Positions 1 to 12,800 of a stretch of DNA of 64,000 bases are shown here, one piece after another. Made by a program: the position numbers and the translations under genes. The notes beneath the pieces were generated by a model. The model was given only the letters and a program-made list of their open reading frames with translations. It made no database searches and was not told where the DNA came from. The stretch covers positions 67,235-131,234 of the forward strand of contig NMRA01000365.1 of assembly GCA_002633005.1 (NCBI GenBank). Reading direction: 5' to 3'. How positions within the stretch are numbered: the first letter of the stretch is position 1; every line of letters starts with the position of its first letter. This stretch comes from Phoronis australis. Its lineage: Eukaryota > Animalia > Phoronida.

Positions 1-828
1 TGCGAATCTGAAGTTCATTTGCCATAACAGCAATGCTTTTGGACATTTTTCGAACTAAACGGCTAAAAACTCGAAGACAATAACAGAATACACTCTGCTA
101 CCGTATTGGGCAAATGACCAAACGACAAGCTTTTGCCCCACTTCCCGTGACGTCACAGTTAAGTCTCACATAATCTCGCGTTATTGTTATAAACTCGCAA
201 AAGGCCTATTGAAAAAGCATTTAATGGTCATCGTCCCACGTTCCCAAGTTAAGGACAGTAAGGTTATCGACTGTTCAATGATGAAGGACACCAGTCATTT
301 CCATGGGGGTGGGTACAGGTTACTGAAATGTATTTTTGTGCTGCTAGAAAATCTGGGTAACTATCCATTTAAAGAAATGTACCCTTTTGTAGAATTTTGG
401 TTCAGAAATGTTACCCATTTTGTAAGAGTTAAGTAACCATTTAATAGGATTGCTGTACTGCTGAATGTCGTGGAGTATGAAGTAGAAGAGATGTATTGTG
501 TTGTCAAAATGAGTCTTTTGGAACCAAAATTTCAAATCAATAGATATTTAAAACACCCTTGTGTACATTGTTGGAGTAGAAAAATGGTACCCTAGTTTGT
601 ATCTTTAAAAGCAAACCCTCTACTCCTCAAATCTTAGGACATTTTATGGTGATATATGCCTTCATGCAAACACTGGCATTGTGGAGCTTTTATAAAGGTT
701 TTTTGATATATGATTTTGTTTGTTAATATTATGCAATTTGTGCGTGTTCATTTGCATATTTGTCTAAGTATATCATACTTCCTTCTTGTGTTGCAATTTG
801 AATTAGTTCTTGTGTTTCTGAATTTTAG

Positions 829-3800
829 AGTATACTGTGTAGGGTGCATTGATGCTTTGGTTGGAGAACAGTTTGTTTCAAAGTTTCGCAAGATGGATCC
901 CTGGATGTGCTTCATGTGTACAGACTATGATCGGGCTAACCATAGACTTCTGAGGTGCAAAGAAGATTGGCAGACTAACTTGATACAATTCTACCAACCG
1001 GAGCATGTTATTCAGGTATCAGTTAGTCGGTCAATTTTGGAGGATAAAAATGAATACTGAGAACCTAAGTCAGCGAATGAAGAAGAAATTTGCTGATCGC
1101 AAACAGATTCTTAATAACCGTTGAATGCATGTTTTAACATCAATTGCCATTTTCAGAGATATGTTCATATTGCGTCTTCATCTTTAAAGATGTATTTGCA
1201 TGCTCCTAACTATGCTAGTGTACAGCAGGAACTAAACAACAATGCTATTTGAACATCATCTATGCTGAACAAAGTACAATCTATGGTATTCATTGACAAA
1301 TTGTAAATGTGAAAAAAATTCTGCAAATAGATGCATGACCTTTGCACTCATGGCATACCTTGGGGGGTGACAATTAACTGGCATCATGCAGTGTTATTCC
1401 TCAACACCACCTCATGATACTTACTGGACACGGTTCAGTGATTTGTGGCAGATCATTTTCAACACAAAACTCGTTTTTAAAAACATTTGGCAATTTTCAA
1501 CCTACTTCATATTCACATTGTCACTATATATTGTGTTTTTATCTAATTTGACCAAGCAGTCACAGAGATAAGGGATTAGCGTGCAAGTTCCACTTTTCAA
1601 TGTTTAAAAACATTTCTTTGCCGCACTGAAGATGTGAATTCAGTTCTCTAAAAGTGAGAAAGGAAAAAAAAAATGATTGGACTTCACTTTAAATCACAGT
1701 CCTGAGTATTGAACTACACAAGTTCAGCAATAAGTTCTATGTGATTAGTACCGTCACTGTTTCGTCACAAAATAAAAATAAACACAACAGTCACTGACAG
1801 GCTGATTATGTGTGTCATTCATCATTTTGTTTTTTGAAAATGGTATTTACAGGCACTTTAACTTTCAAAGGACTTATTTGATCAACATTCCTCTCTCCTT
1901 TGATAGTGTTCTGAAAATTAAATTATATTTAATTAAAGGGGTATGAAATGATGCAAATAAAATACGCTTACGATCAGTAAATTTTCTTATATGAAAGCCA
2001 CAAATGTGTGAAATGGGAAAATGTAGATGACACACAAGAAGACAATGGATTATGTAATGTAACACTAAAGAACAAGTATTGATAAGTTATTTTTTGATTT
2101 TAACATATTGTGTAGTTTTTTCATGTTCTCTAGTTCACAACATTGACCCATAATACCTTCATATTGACCATTGCTATGATAACGTCACTTCAGTCCCTTT
2201 TAAAGTTTTATTGTGAAGTAATGGCTATGCTCTTTGGATTCGATTCCAGAATCTTCTTGTTTGCAAACCCTTGCTTTACCATGGCATCACCATCATGGCA
2301 CTGAACTTTAAAGTTTTTTTATGTCATCTGGATTCTGACAACACTTATTTTTAGATAGCCATCAAATATAAACCACACAGGGAATTTACACCTCCACCAA
2401 GTTACTACAGTTGCCTCTTGTTAAATTGCACAAAAGAAGTGTTTTTAAAGGCAAACATTCATTGGCCTTCAATACACGTTATTTTCATGAACCTGAACAA
2501 GTACACATGGAGCGTACTGACATGTAGCTAGCAACTGTATTGATGTAAACCAATGACGTTTGTGTATTGTTTTGCATTAAAAATTTTGTATCACTATAAA
2601 AATAATGTAATTGATTTTTCCTTTGTTTATTCCAAGCATCTGGAATTTTTTTAAAACAACTGTAACAGGGCTTGATAAAAACTGCATGTAGTTTTCCAAA
2701 ATTATTTATTCGCAGAGTTCAACCCTGTAACAATAAAACAATGTTTACAATACAACAGAACCAGGTTGAAACACAGTATTATGATGAACACAATCATGCA
2801 ACGTTATTTGTCCAGAGAAACACTTCATTAGCAATTCATCAATTTGCACATTGCACATGGATAAACAAAAATTGGGAAACCCCTACTAAATCGATGTGAG
2901 TCAGATTCTCTCTGGCTGACTAGATTAGATTCTCACTTAACTAAAATGGCAGCACAAGCTCAGATCCACAACCTTGATACACTGCAGAAACTATAATACA
3001 GTCAAAAGCAGGTCAGGCTCAATACCACTGTTAGGTAGAATATAGAACCAGTTTAAACCAGTCACCAACACATTTTCTATTTGGCATTAGCACCCAACAC
3101 AACACCCTAAACTTACCAGCGATGACCAATAGCCTAATGGTGAACCACCCACACTCCCAATCTCTACAACCCTGGTTCGAATCCCGTATTTTTTATTTTA
3201 ATTTCCAAAGTATATGAAATACATCGCTATTAAAAAACGTTTGGTAAAAAACTACTTGTTGAATTACAGAATAAATGATCAACATGAAATCAGAAAACCA
3301 AATATAGCTGCCACCATCCATGAGTTACATGGCAGATGTATTTATTAATAATTGACTTTCACTCTTGGTCAATGCGTTAATTTTCAGACCCCAGTAATTA
3401 TCTTATTTTTGGGGTCTGTAAACGTACTGACCTTGGCGAAAGTCACTAATTGTACTATAGATGACTGACCTGCGAACATGAATGGACCTGCGACATACAC
3501 AATGAATGACAACTGAACAGAAGTGACGTCAATGAGGAAAATATAAGGTTGTATGTGTACAATTTGAGAATAGAAATAAAAAATGAATACAATTGATGAA
3601 AAGGATTATTAAAGTAAAAAAGCAATACAAAAACAAAACAAGGGGTTAGAATAAAGGATAACGAGTGAGTGATATAAAAATAAGAATGGAGGAAGTAGAG
3701 AATAAACGTGTTTGTGTTTAATGACAGATTTTATATTTTATTTATTAAAATAATGTGATGTATATGAGACCTTTGATGTGAGTTCCAAATCTGACGATCA

Positions 3801-6800
3801 TTTTGGCCTCGAAATTTCCTGCAAAGATTGGTGTCAATTACTCTCTTTCTGTTCATTCCTTTTTGTGTCGCCATTAAATTTAATTTTTGTTTTAATAAAT
3901 TGAGAAATCTTTTTACTTGTTGCCTAATACACATGATATATTTTAGTTGCCAACGGGAGAGTTCACCAAACGACCAATCAGAGTGTTGTCGCTGTTTGAT
4001 GGCATTAGCACAGGTTTGTGATTTTCGAAATTTTCACTGTCTAACTTTAATATATGTTCGTATAGTGGTGTCATCTCTGTCTGATGTCTGGCATCCATTG
4101 CTCTACCCCTTGAAGGATCTCCATGAAAGTTGGGTGGTGTGTTTTTATGGAGATGGCGATGGATGAGGATGACTATCAGGTGCATGCAACTACCATTGCA
4201 CCCCCCCTAATGGCAGTTTTAGTATTTAAGGTTTGCGACAGTGTATCCGAGTTAGTTTTTATATTTTACAAATGGGTTTCCGTTAAGGAGTTCTTGACGC
4301 CTTCCCATTTTGAATGGATTTGACATATTCTGTAATTTGTGTTTTCCTCTGTATTTTCCTATTTATCTTCAAGAGTTCCTTCAGAGATTTTCTTGAATAT
4401 TGGCAGTTAGGTTTCTATTACGTAGACAACAACCCATTTCTATTTTTAGACAGATTCAATGCTTTGTGCTGCACAGAGTGGCCTAGTGACAATTTTGTGT
4501 TTTTTTGCATCCATAGCTGTATGTCTTTTACCCCTTGCAGGATCTTAGTGAAATTTGGCAAGTGTATTCCTACAAATTTGGTAATGGATGATGACTTCTT
4601 TCGAGCGGATCCAACCAGTGGTGTACCTCCTAAGTGGCAATTTTATTTTCTTGCATTTGCCTCTGTGGTTTTGTAGTTTCTTGATGGATTTTTATGAAAT
4701 TAGGCTGATATGTTTATTTGGGAACTGACGAGGCCTTCCCATTTCAGGCAAGTTAGACAGTCTGCATCATCTAGTGGTCATCTTTATGGTACTAATAAAC
4801 ACTCCTAGAAGCAAACCATTTGTGGTGCTGCCTCGAGTGCATTTCAATGCTCATCGTTGCTCTTGTTCGTTAATTTTGTGTCATTTATGACTTCATTTAA
4901 ACCTGAAATATTGGTACCAATCAGTGTTATGACTCAATTTACTAAGTGAAGCACCACATCATTTAGGTGTTCTTTATTCACCAGTGCATGGTTTGTATTG
5001 ATTATAGACTGATTGAACTTTCACCAAATTTGGTTTAAATGACATGAAATTTTGCAGTTATTTCAAATTGTTGGTCAAGTTATTTCTATTTATTACTGAT
5101 TGATTGTTTTCTGTGTAGTTTCATTTTACTAAAAATCGCTAATTTTAAATATTGATGAACATTAGTTATGAATACCTCTTACAACTATGCATTTTACAGA
5201 TTAAAAGTTTCAAATTTTAAACGTGTTAATAATTTCCTTGTTTTCTACAACTAAGGTCGACATGTATTGGAGAAGCTGTCCATTGATGTTGAGGTGTATT
5301 ATTCATGTGAAATTGACGATGATGCTCTCCAAGTGAGCAAGGTGCGCTATCCTGAGAACCAATGCCTTGGTGACATAACACTGATTGACAGGTCAAAGGT
5401 GAGGATAATGTATCACCAATAACAGTAGACTCATTCTTTTTTTTAATAATGGTATTTACCGTTTGTACATTTAGTAAAAAATTGTATATTTTGCATCAGC
5501 GCATGGCCATAAATTTGCTGAATCCTATTTTAATAGTATGTTTTAAATTAGTTGGAATTGAAACTGTACATGATTTTATTAGTTTTCACAAATTTTTAAT
5601 TTTTTAATTTTCACAAACACGTTAAGGTCTTTGGCATTTGATTAACAATTTTTGGAAACACTGATTACATTTTTTGTTATCTTTAGGGATTGTAAGGACC
5701 TGTGATTTGATTTGAGTCAAGTTTAAATTTCTCTTATAGGCTCAAGTGGATCATTCTTTTACTGCTGCATGTCTTGCAAAAATTGTTTTTGAAAATATTT
5801 TTTTCACTACCTAGCATTTTTGTTTAATAATTAGCTAGTTTTAAATTGAAAAAATGTAAAAATTACCTGCAATCTTCCTATCCATTTTAGGAATATATTA
5901 AACTTTGTCCCAGCTGGTTTTATTCAAATGTTTTGTATATTATACATTTGTTGTACCAGCATCATCTATACTGTACGTTTGTTAAAAATGTCGCTCTTTG
6001 GGCTGTGAAGAAATTGGTTTTGTGGTCCCTCTTTGCTTGAACTTAAATTGAATTCAGATCTAATCAATTCTCGACTAGTTCTTTAATAAAGGTTATAGAG
6101 TCATTTGCGAGTCATGGGGCATGCAAGTAAACTTGAAGAAAACCAAGGGGATTTTTTTCAGACATGGCGGTCCCCCTAGACGATATGAGAAATGGTTTTA
6201 CGGTGGAACGTTGGTCGATGTGGTGTCTCATTACAAACACCTTGGACTGTTTATTACCCCAAAGTTTCGTGGACCAAAGCCATTAAAACCTTATCTAATG
6301 AAGCAAATAAAGCTGCCTCTGCAATTTGTAAATTAAAGCGAAGATGTTGTGATCTACCTCCATCAATAGCCTTTCACTTGTTCGATAAAATAATGATGTG
6401 TTATGGCGCTTAGATATGGGGCTTTATACGATATGAACAATTGGAAAATGTACATATAAAGTTTTGTAAACGCATTTTAGGAGTAGGCAGTTATTATTCA
6501 AACTCTGCAATTATGGGAGAATGTGGTCGATTCTCATGGTGTACTAAATATTTTGTATCCTGCATATTAAATATTGGTTCAAAATACTGGTGATGCCTAA
6601 TAATCATGGGGTAAAGGCAGCATATGATATGCTTTTTCAGTCAGACCTGATTGGAAGATTTTATAATTCTGCAAATGTTGTAAGGAAACTTCTGTCTGTA
6701 TATGGTTTTTCAGGTGTATGGATTAATCAGGGTGTGGTGAACCAAGCATATTTCTTGTCAGTTTTATTCAGTGACTTATTTGCAAATCTGGCAATCTGAT

Positions 6801-9800
6801 ATCGAGTGTAACGCAAAACTGCCTTACAATGTGTGGTTTAAAGGTTTAAAACAATGTATTTATGTTCAAAATATGTCCCGAAAATAATAGGTGCGTCGCA
6901 AGCTCCGTTTCCAGAGATACTGATAAGGTACAGAAATATGAGTGTACTAATAACATAAAGATAAAATAATAATCTCTGGAAAGATGGGCAATAAAAAAGC
7001 GCCAGCACTCAGGTAAGAGGAACCACCGAAAGGAGATGGTGGCAGAGGGTGGGAAAAATGAAAGAGAGATTTTAGACTCGAACCTAAGTGCTGCTAAAGC
7101 GAAGTACTGATGGCAGGAAATATAACTTTACTGAGAACAAAGGAGCCCTATGACACGTGACAATCATCAGCCTACGGGAGCCAGGAGCTGACCAAACTCG
7201 TGGCAGTAACACAAACGAACCAATAGTGAGGCTGGAAGTGGAATGTTCTAGTGCCTCGAGGGCAGAAAGACCGCATGCGAATCTACACAAGGGATTAATG
7301 GACCAGTCCGAAAGATGGGGGTATAAGTGGGACGAGTCCATATTCTCACATAAATATATCTAACGAGTGAAATATCATTGTTTAGTGAATTATTTTGAAA
7401 TAGTTGGTATCCCGCGTGTTTCATCCAGTCTCTGACTCGATTGCAATGCTCAAATCATTCGTTACTAGTGGAAAGAGGTCGCCACACAAATATTGCATAT
7501 GAAAACAGGTTGTGTGAGGTATGTAATTCGGGATGTGTAGAACACAAATACCTGACACTGTGTTATTTTGCAGTGCGTACCAAGACCTTCAGGTCAAGTA
7601 CTTAAGTGATCGTTTTTGTCATTCTCCCACGACATCTAAATTTAATTCTCTCATGAGAACTCGGGATATCCTACTTCTAAAATTCGTCCATCATGCTCTC
7701 AAGCGTCACAATTTATTATCCAGTTTGTGTCTTGTACATGTTATACATTGGGTCTATGGCCATATTATATTTCAGTAAAGATCATTAAATACGAAAAGCA
7801 ACATCTTAAGTATTTAAGTGTGTGACAAATTCTCACAAAGTTGACAGGCTGCAAACAGTGTTATTAATGAATTTTTATGGAATCGTGTTTACGATGCATG
7901 TCAATACACCTTTCTCTAAGTTCAATTATATCTATTCATCCTCATTAATATTTCGGGAATACCAGCCATTTTCGTCCAAGTCATGGAGATTGACATTGCG
8001 TTACTATGGGCAGGCATTTTGAGATGTTTGAATCAATATTTGATAGTGGTGATATAGTATTTGGTGAATAACAGCAACCTTTACAAATTGTCTTGTGATT
8101 TGCAGCTCAAGGAAATTGGTCCAATTGACTTGGTACTGGGGGCTTCACCTTGCAATGACTTGTCTCTGGCTAACCCATTGAGGAAGGGTATTTTTGGTAT
8201 GTTACTAAGAATTGGCTTAAGCCAGTTTAATGTTTGAAAGCTCTTGCATCAATGAGCATTTGCTGCCAACTTACTCAACTGTTATACACAATTGAGCATA
8301 GATTGTATTGAGATTTTAATTTAAAACCTATTATATCATATTTTCTTACCTGAAGACGAGTTTCTGTCAGATTGTTCATAAAAATTATTCATAAACCCAA
8401 TGTGAAGACGATTTTTTACTTTCAGGTAAAATGTTCTAGGAAAAGTAAGCGTGTTTTGTAATTTTGTAAGGAAACGTTCTTCAATTTCCTTCTGCCATGT
8501 TTTAAGATATGACCATTGCATGCCTACAACATATAGACTAGTACATGGCAACGAATGAAAAAGTCTGTACATTTTCTTGAAGATGACAGGCAGACTTGAA
8601 AACTTCCTTCACAAAGAACCTGTTCCATAAAAGGGCTCTCGTGAGTTAAGCTCAGTCGTTATGTGCAATGGGGCCAACCATAAGGCTTGTCTGATCCAGC
8701 GCAAATTACACAAGACCGCATGCACTATTTTTCTTAAAGTATGTGTCTATGGTAGGGTTTAAAAAAGAAATATGGGTTATTAATCTACTTTATGGCAATT
8801 ACTCAAACATACATGGTTTATGCCATATAAAATCAGCATTATGTTCAAAACAGTTTGCAGTGTTTAACTTGTTAAAAAAATATTAAATTATTCACACCAT
8901 ACTCATAACTAACCGTTAACATTTAACTAAACATTAAACTTTTCTTGAAGTATTTTTTCAACTTGGACAATGTAGGCAACATTTTTAATCCCTCAGGAAT
9001 TTTTAATTTTGTTTTATTTAGTATGTTTAAAAATGTGTAAATACTGGTCAAATTATACTTCCATGTTATGGTTTAGGTGGGAGTGGATTACTGTTCTTTG
9101 AGTTCTACAGAGTTCTGACTGAGGTTCAACTTTTAAACCAAGATCACCATGTGTTTTGGTTGTTTGAGAATGTAAAAACCATGATGTCAGAGGCTAAAAC
9201 CACCATTTCCAGGTTTCTCAAGGTAAGGGGCAATGTGTTACATACTATTATGTAATACAGTGTCAATGAAAATTCATGTCTGGCATGCGTTATATAGATG
9301 GAGTACAAATTTTTAACAAAATGCATTACTTAAATGTAATTATCTTTTCTGTGTTCTTTCCCCAGTGTTGACATTACTCAAACGGTTTTATTTTGTGTTT
9401 ATGTTGCTAGTTTACACTCTCTTATTAGTGTTTATTCTTTTTATATCGTCACATTCTGTTATTCAGTGCGAACCTGCTAACTGGGATGCCAAGATGTTCT
9501 CTGCGCAGAAGCGAGCTCGCTATTTCTGGGGAAACGTCCCTGGAATGTACTGGTATGTTCACAAACAAATGATATACCTATGAGGTCAACAGGCTGGTGT
9601 TGGCCCGTTGCTGAATAACTTAATTCACTTGCAATTTTTACCAGCCAAAACGTGAATGAGGAAAGATCTATATGCTCATAATTTTTGATCCGACTATTTT
9701 CCCTTTCTGTTCATCATAACATTGTATAATCTATGAAGTTACTAGTTAGTCCACTTTGCTAATGCTAGCTGCACATAATCTGACAAGCCGGGCTTGTCTA

Positions 9801-12800
9801 TGGCTGCATAATGCCGCTTTGCTGCCCATAGTACTGTGTTCTGGGTACCACTCTAACACTGGAGCCAACTTCTTGTTCATCGACTGATGTGTCACATGTC
9901 CAGTTATACCATTGTGTAGGGATATGGCACTATCACGATAGGAATTATTATTAGAAATACAGTCTCATCACATTGTCTTACATTTCAGAGGTCTTTGGTA
10001 TGATTACCATTCAGGTGACCAAGAGGGTAGTCAACATGGTTGAAACAAAATCATGTGTATGGATTAATTGGTGCACATCCTATGAGACGTGAGCAGTCGA
10101 ACACAATTCCTCCGCACATGGTGCGGCTTTGGCTACATGGCAAAAATTAGCAATGGAAGTTTGTAGCGGGAGACCTAGCCAATGCAACAATGCCCAACTC
10201 ACATTTTGGCACTTAATTGCTGAGCGCTGATTAGGCACCACTGGTGCTGCTTTATGTGTGGTTAAAGCATAAAATGAATTCAATTTCACAAGGTATACTT
10301 TGTTTCAGCCCTCCTGAACTGTCTCAGATGCAGCAGTCTATGACCTTGGAGAATGTTTTGACGAAAGACTGCAATCGAACTGCAAATGTAGGTCTATACT
10401 TATCTACAGTACATTTTTTTTTCTATTCAGACGTGGATGCTGAAATTGTGAGTTTTGATGCCAGGATTTACTAAGTGATTCTCGATATTATAGAAAAATA
10501 CATGTTATGCTAATGTGAAGCCATTCTAAACTCAAGGTGTTCTAATTTATGAATGGAAAGGATAAAACTTATTATTTCTCCTTAGGTCAACAAGCTAAGA
10601 ACAGTGACAACGAGGCCAAACTCACTGAAACAAGGCAAGAACGATGAGCTCTTTCCTGTCAAAATGAATGGTCAAGACAATGCTTTATGGATTCAAGAAC
10701 TGGAACGGTGGGTAACTAAGTTTGGACAGTGTTAAGTTTTAGTTCAGTGTTTTGTGCACCGTGCTCCTTGAACAGACTTCTGAGATGTCGCTCTCTGATG
10801 GTGTGCCCGCATAGAGCCTGTATGTATGCGTCGACGTCTTGATTGCGTGATTAGGGATGGTATGAGTTCAATTGGTGCATGTTTGGTCTGTCTGCACTTG
10901 CATTACAGCTATTATTTTGATGAAATTTAGCACATGTATGGTTCCTTTTGATATCTTGAAGTAGGGTTTCTACACAATTTCTTGCCCATTCCAATGACAT
11001 CTTGTCTGTAAAGCTGTAACTGTTTTGGGTCATGAAAAGAATCCTACATTGACACTCCCACCAGTAGAAGTTGGGCAACTTGTCTGGTTTGTGTACCTCG
11101 GAATCTGCCGCAGTGGTGAAAGACACCACCTAAAACTTTTTTACAGTGTCGCCATATTATGATTCTCGTCAATTCTACTGTATGTGCAACACAGTTGGGT
11201 CAATACCAAACCAGCAGGTAGCAATTGAATTTTGAGGTAGGACAAATGTCATCGCTCAATTCTCGGCATGTTGGTAAATATTATGGATACCATTTGCGTT
11301 ACAACTTTTTCTCGTTCAGCGTTACTCTTTACAACAACTTAGTAGTCCTGTTCTCAAAACCATATGACTGATTAACTTCACCAGGCTTGATAAGACTATA
11401 TGCACTTTGGCGGCTGCACTCCATGGAACTTTGTTTTGTTTTGGTAACTTGTTAGAAGTGTGGTAGATAATTATAGAGAAAGTTATAATGGGAAGAATTT
11501 ATTGAACTTTGGGTGGCTCATTTGTTTTTAATTTCATTTCTGATATTTCTAACAAGAGCAAGTCCTGAAGGGTTGTGTTGTATGAACTGTACAAGTTTCT
11601 GTCAGTTACTTTAAGCATTGCTTGATAATTTTTTAAAATTATTTGTGGATGGCTGTAATGTATTGTGACAAATGTCATGTGTGCAGTGAAGTCTAGTGGT
11701 CAAACATGGTGCAAATTGTCTGTCATGGTTTGATGTGCTAATCTTCCTTTCAAAAACAACAATTACTATATGCGCATGCTAGGAAATAAATTCTCTCTCA
11801 TTCAACTGAGTGGCAACTTGTATGTAAACATAAACCAAACAAGGACCAGTAGCGAGTTAAGGTCAACTATGAACCATAAAGGTAGCAAAAAGCTTAATTC
11901 TCAGCCTATTATATTAGTGAAGCTTTATCAAACATGCCGACCTCACCGGCTCCACGTGATCAAAGTGAGATATCTGAACACATATTGAAAGAAATGCAAG
12001 ATCTAAAGACTGCACAAGATGGAGTTAGAATCCAAAATGGATAAAATATGCAATGAGATTACAAATTCCATTGATATGAAGCAAAAATCCTTCAAGGCGG
12101 ATATTGATATGGATTTTGCACGTCTCTAGAACAGTGTCAGCGTGTTGGAGAAGCATTACACGCATGGTTCAGATTCAGTCATTCAGAATGACCCTTTGAA
12201 AAATAATGACTTGACATGTGTAGTATTGCGTCAGGCATAGGTAACTGAACCCGACCTTCACCTGAAGTCATGGAAGAACTGTTATGTAGCCTGGAGCTGT
12301 CTTCAGAGGTGACCTATCTGGACTGTATCCCTGGACTGAATGCTTGACGGGGATACTAGACCTCCCTTGGTCAAATTAGCTGTTGAGTCACTAGCTCAAA
12401 AAATTCTAGTTCAGCGGAACAAGCCAAAATTAAAGAGCACGCCTTTATTTCGACAATTTTTTCTTCATGGAAGCAAATCTCACACCGAAAGGGTAATTGA
12501 AAATAAACTTCCAAACAATCATTGAAACTTTGTTAAACAACAAGGAATTCAAGATTTGCTGAAATGGTCGAATTGTGAGAGCTAGTGGACACAGGTGAGG
12601 AAGCTGACTCGGAAAAGAATTTGTGATGCGGAATAAGACAGCGTTTTCAGGATTTTCATGGCCAGTGTCGGTGGTTAGACTAGCAACAATTCATTACTCC
12701 CTGTACAATTGCTGTCTTCATTCAATGCCTACATTATAGGGGTGGTAGAATCTAATTTACATGCAAATAAATCTATTTACTTTGCCCGGCTATTTTTGGT

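Noticed and set aside
4180-4960. Possible minus-strand LINE ORF1 (PHD-like) remnant in a DNMT3 intron
   Set aside because: Too degenerate to support by eye.
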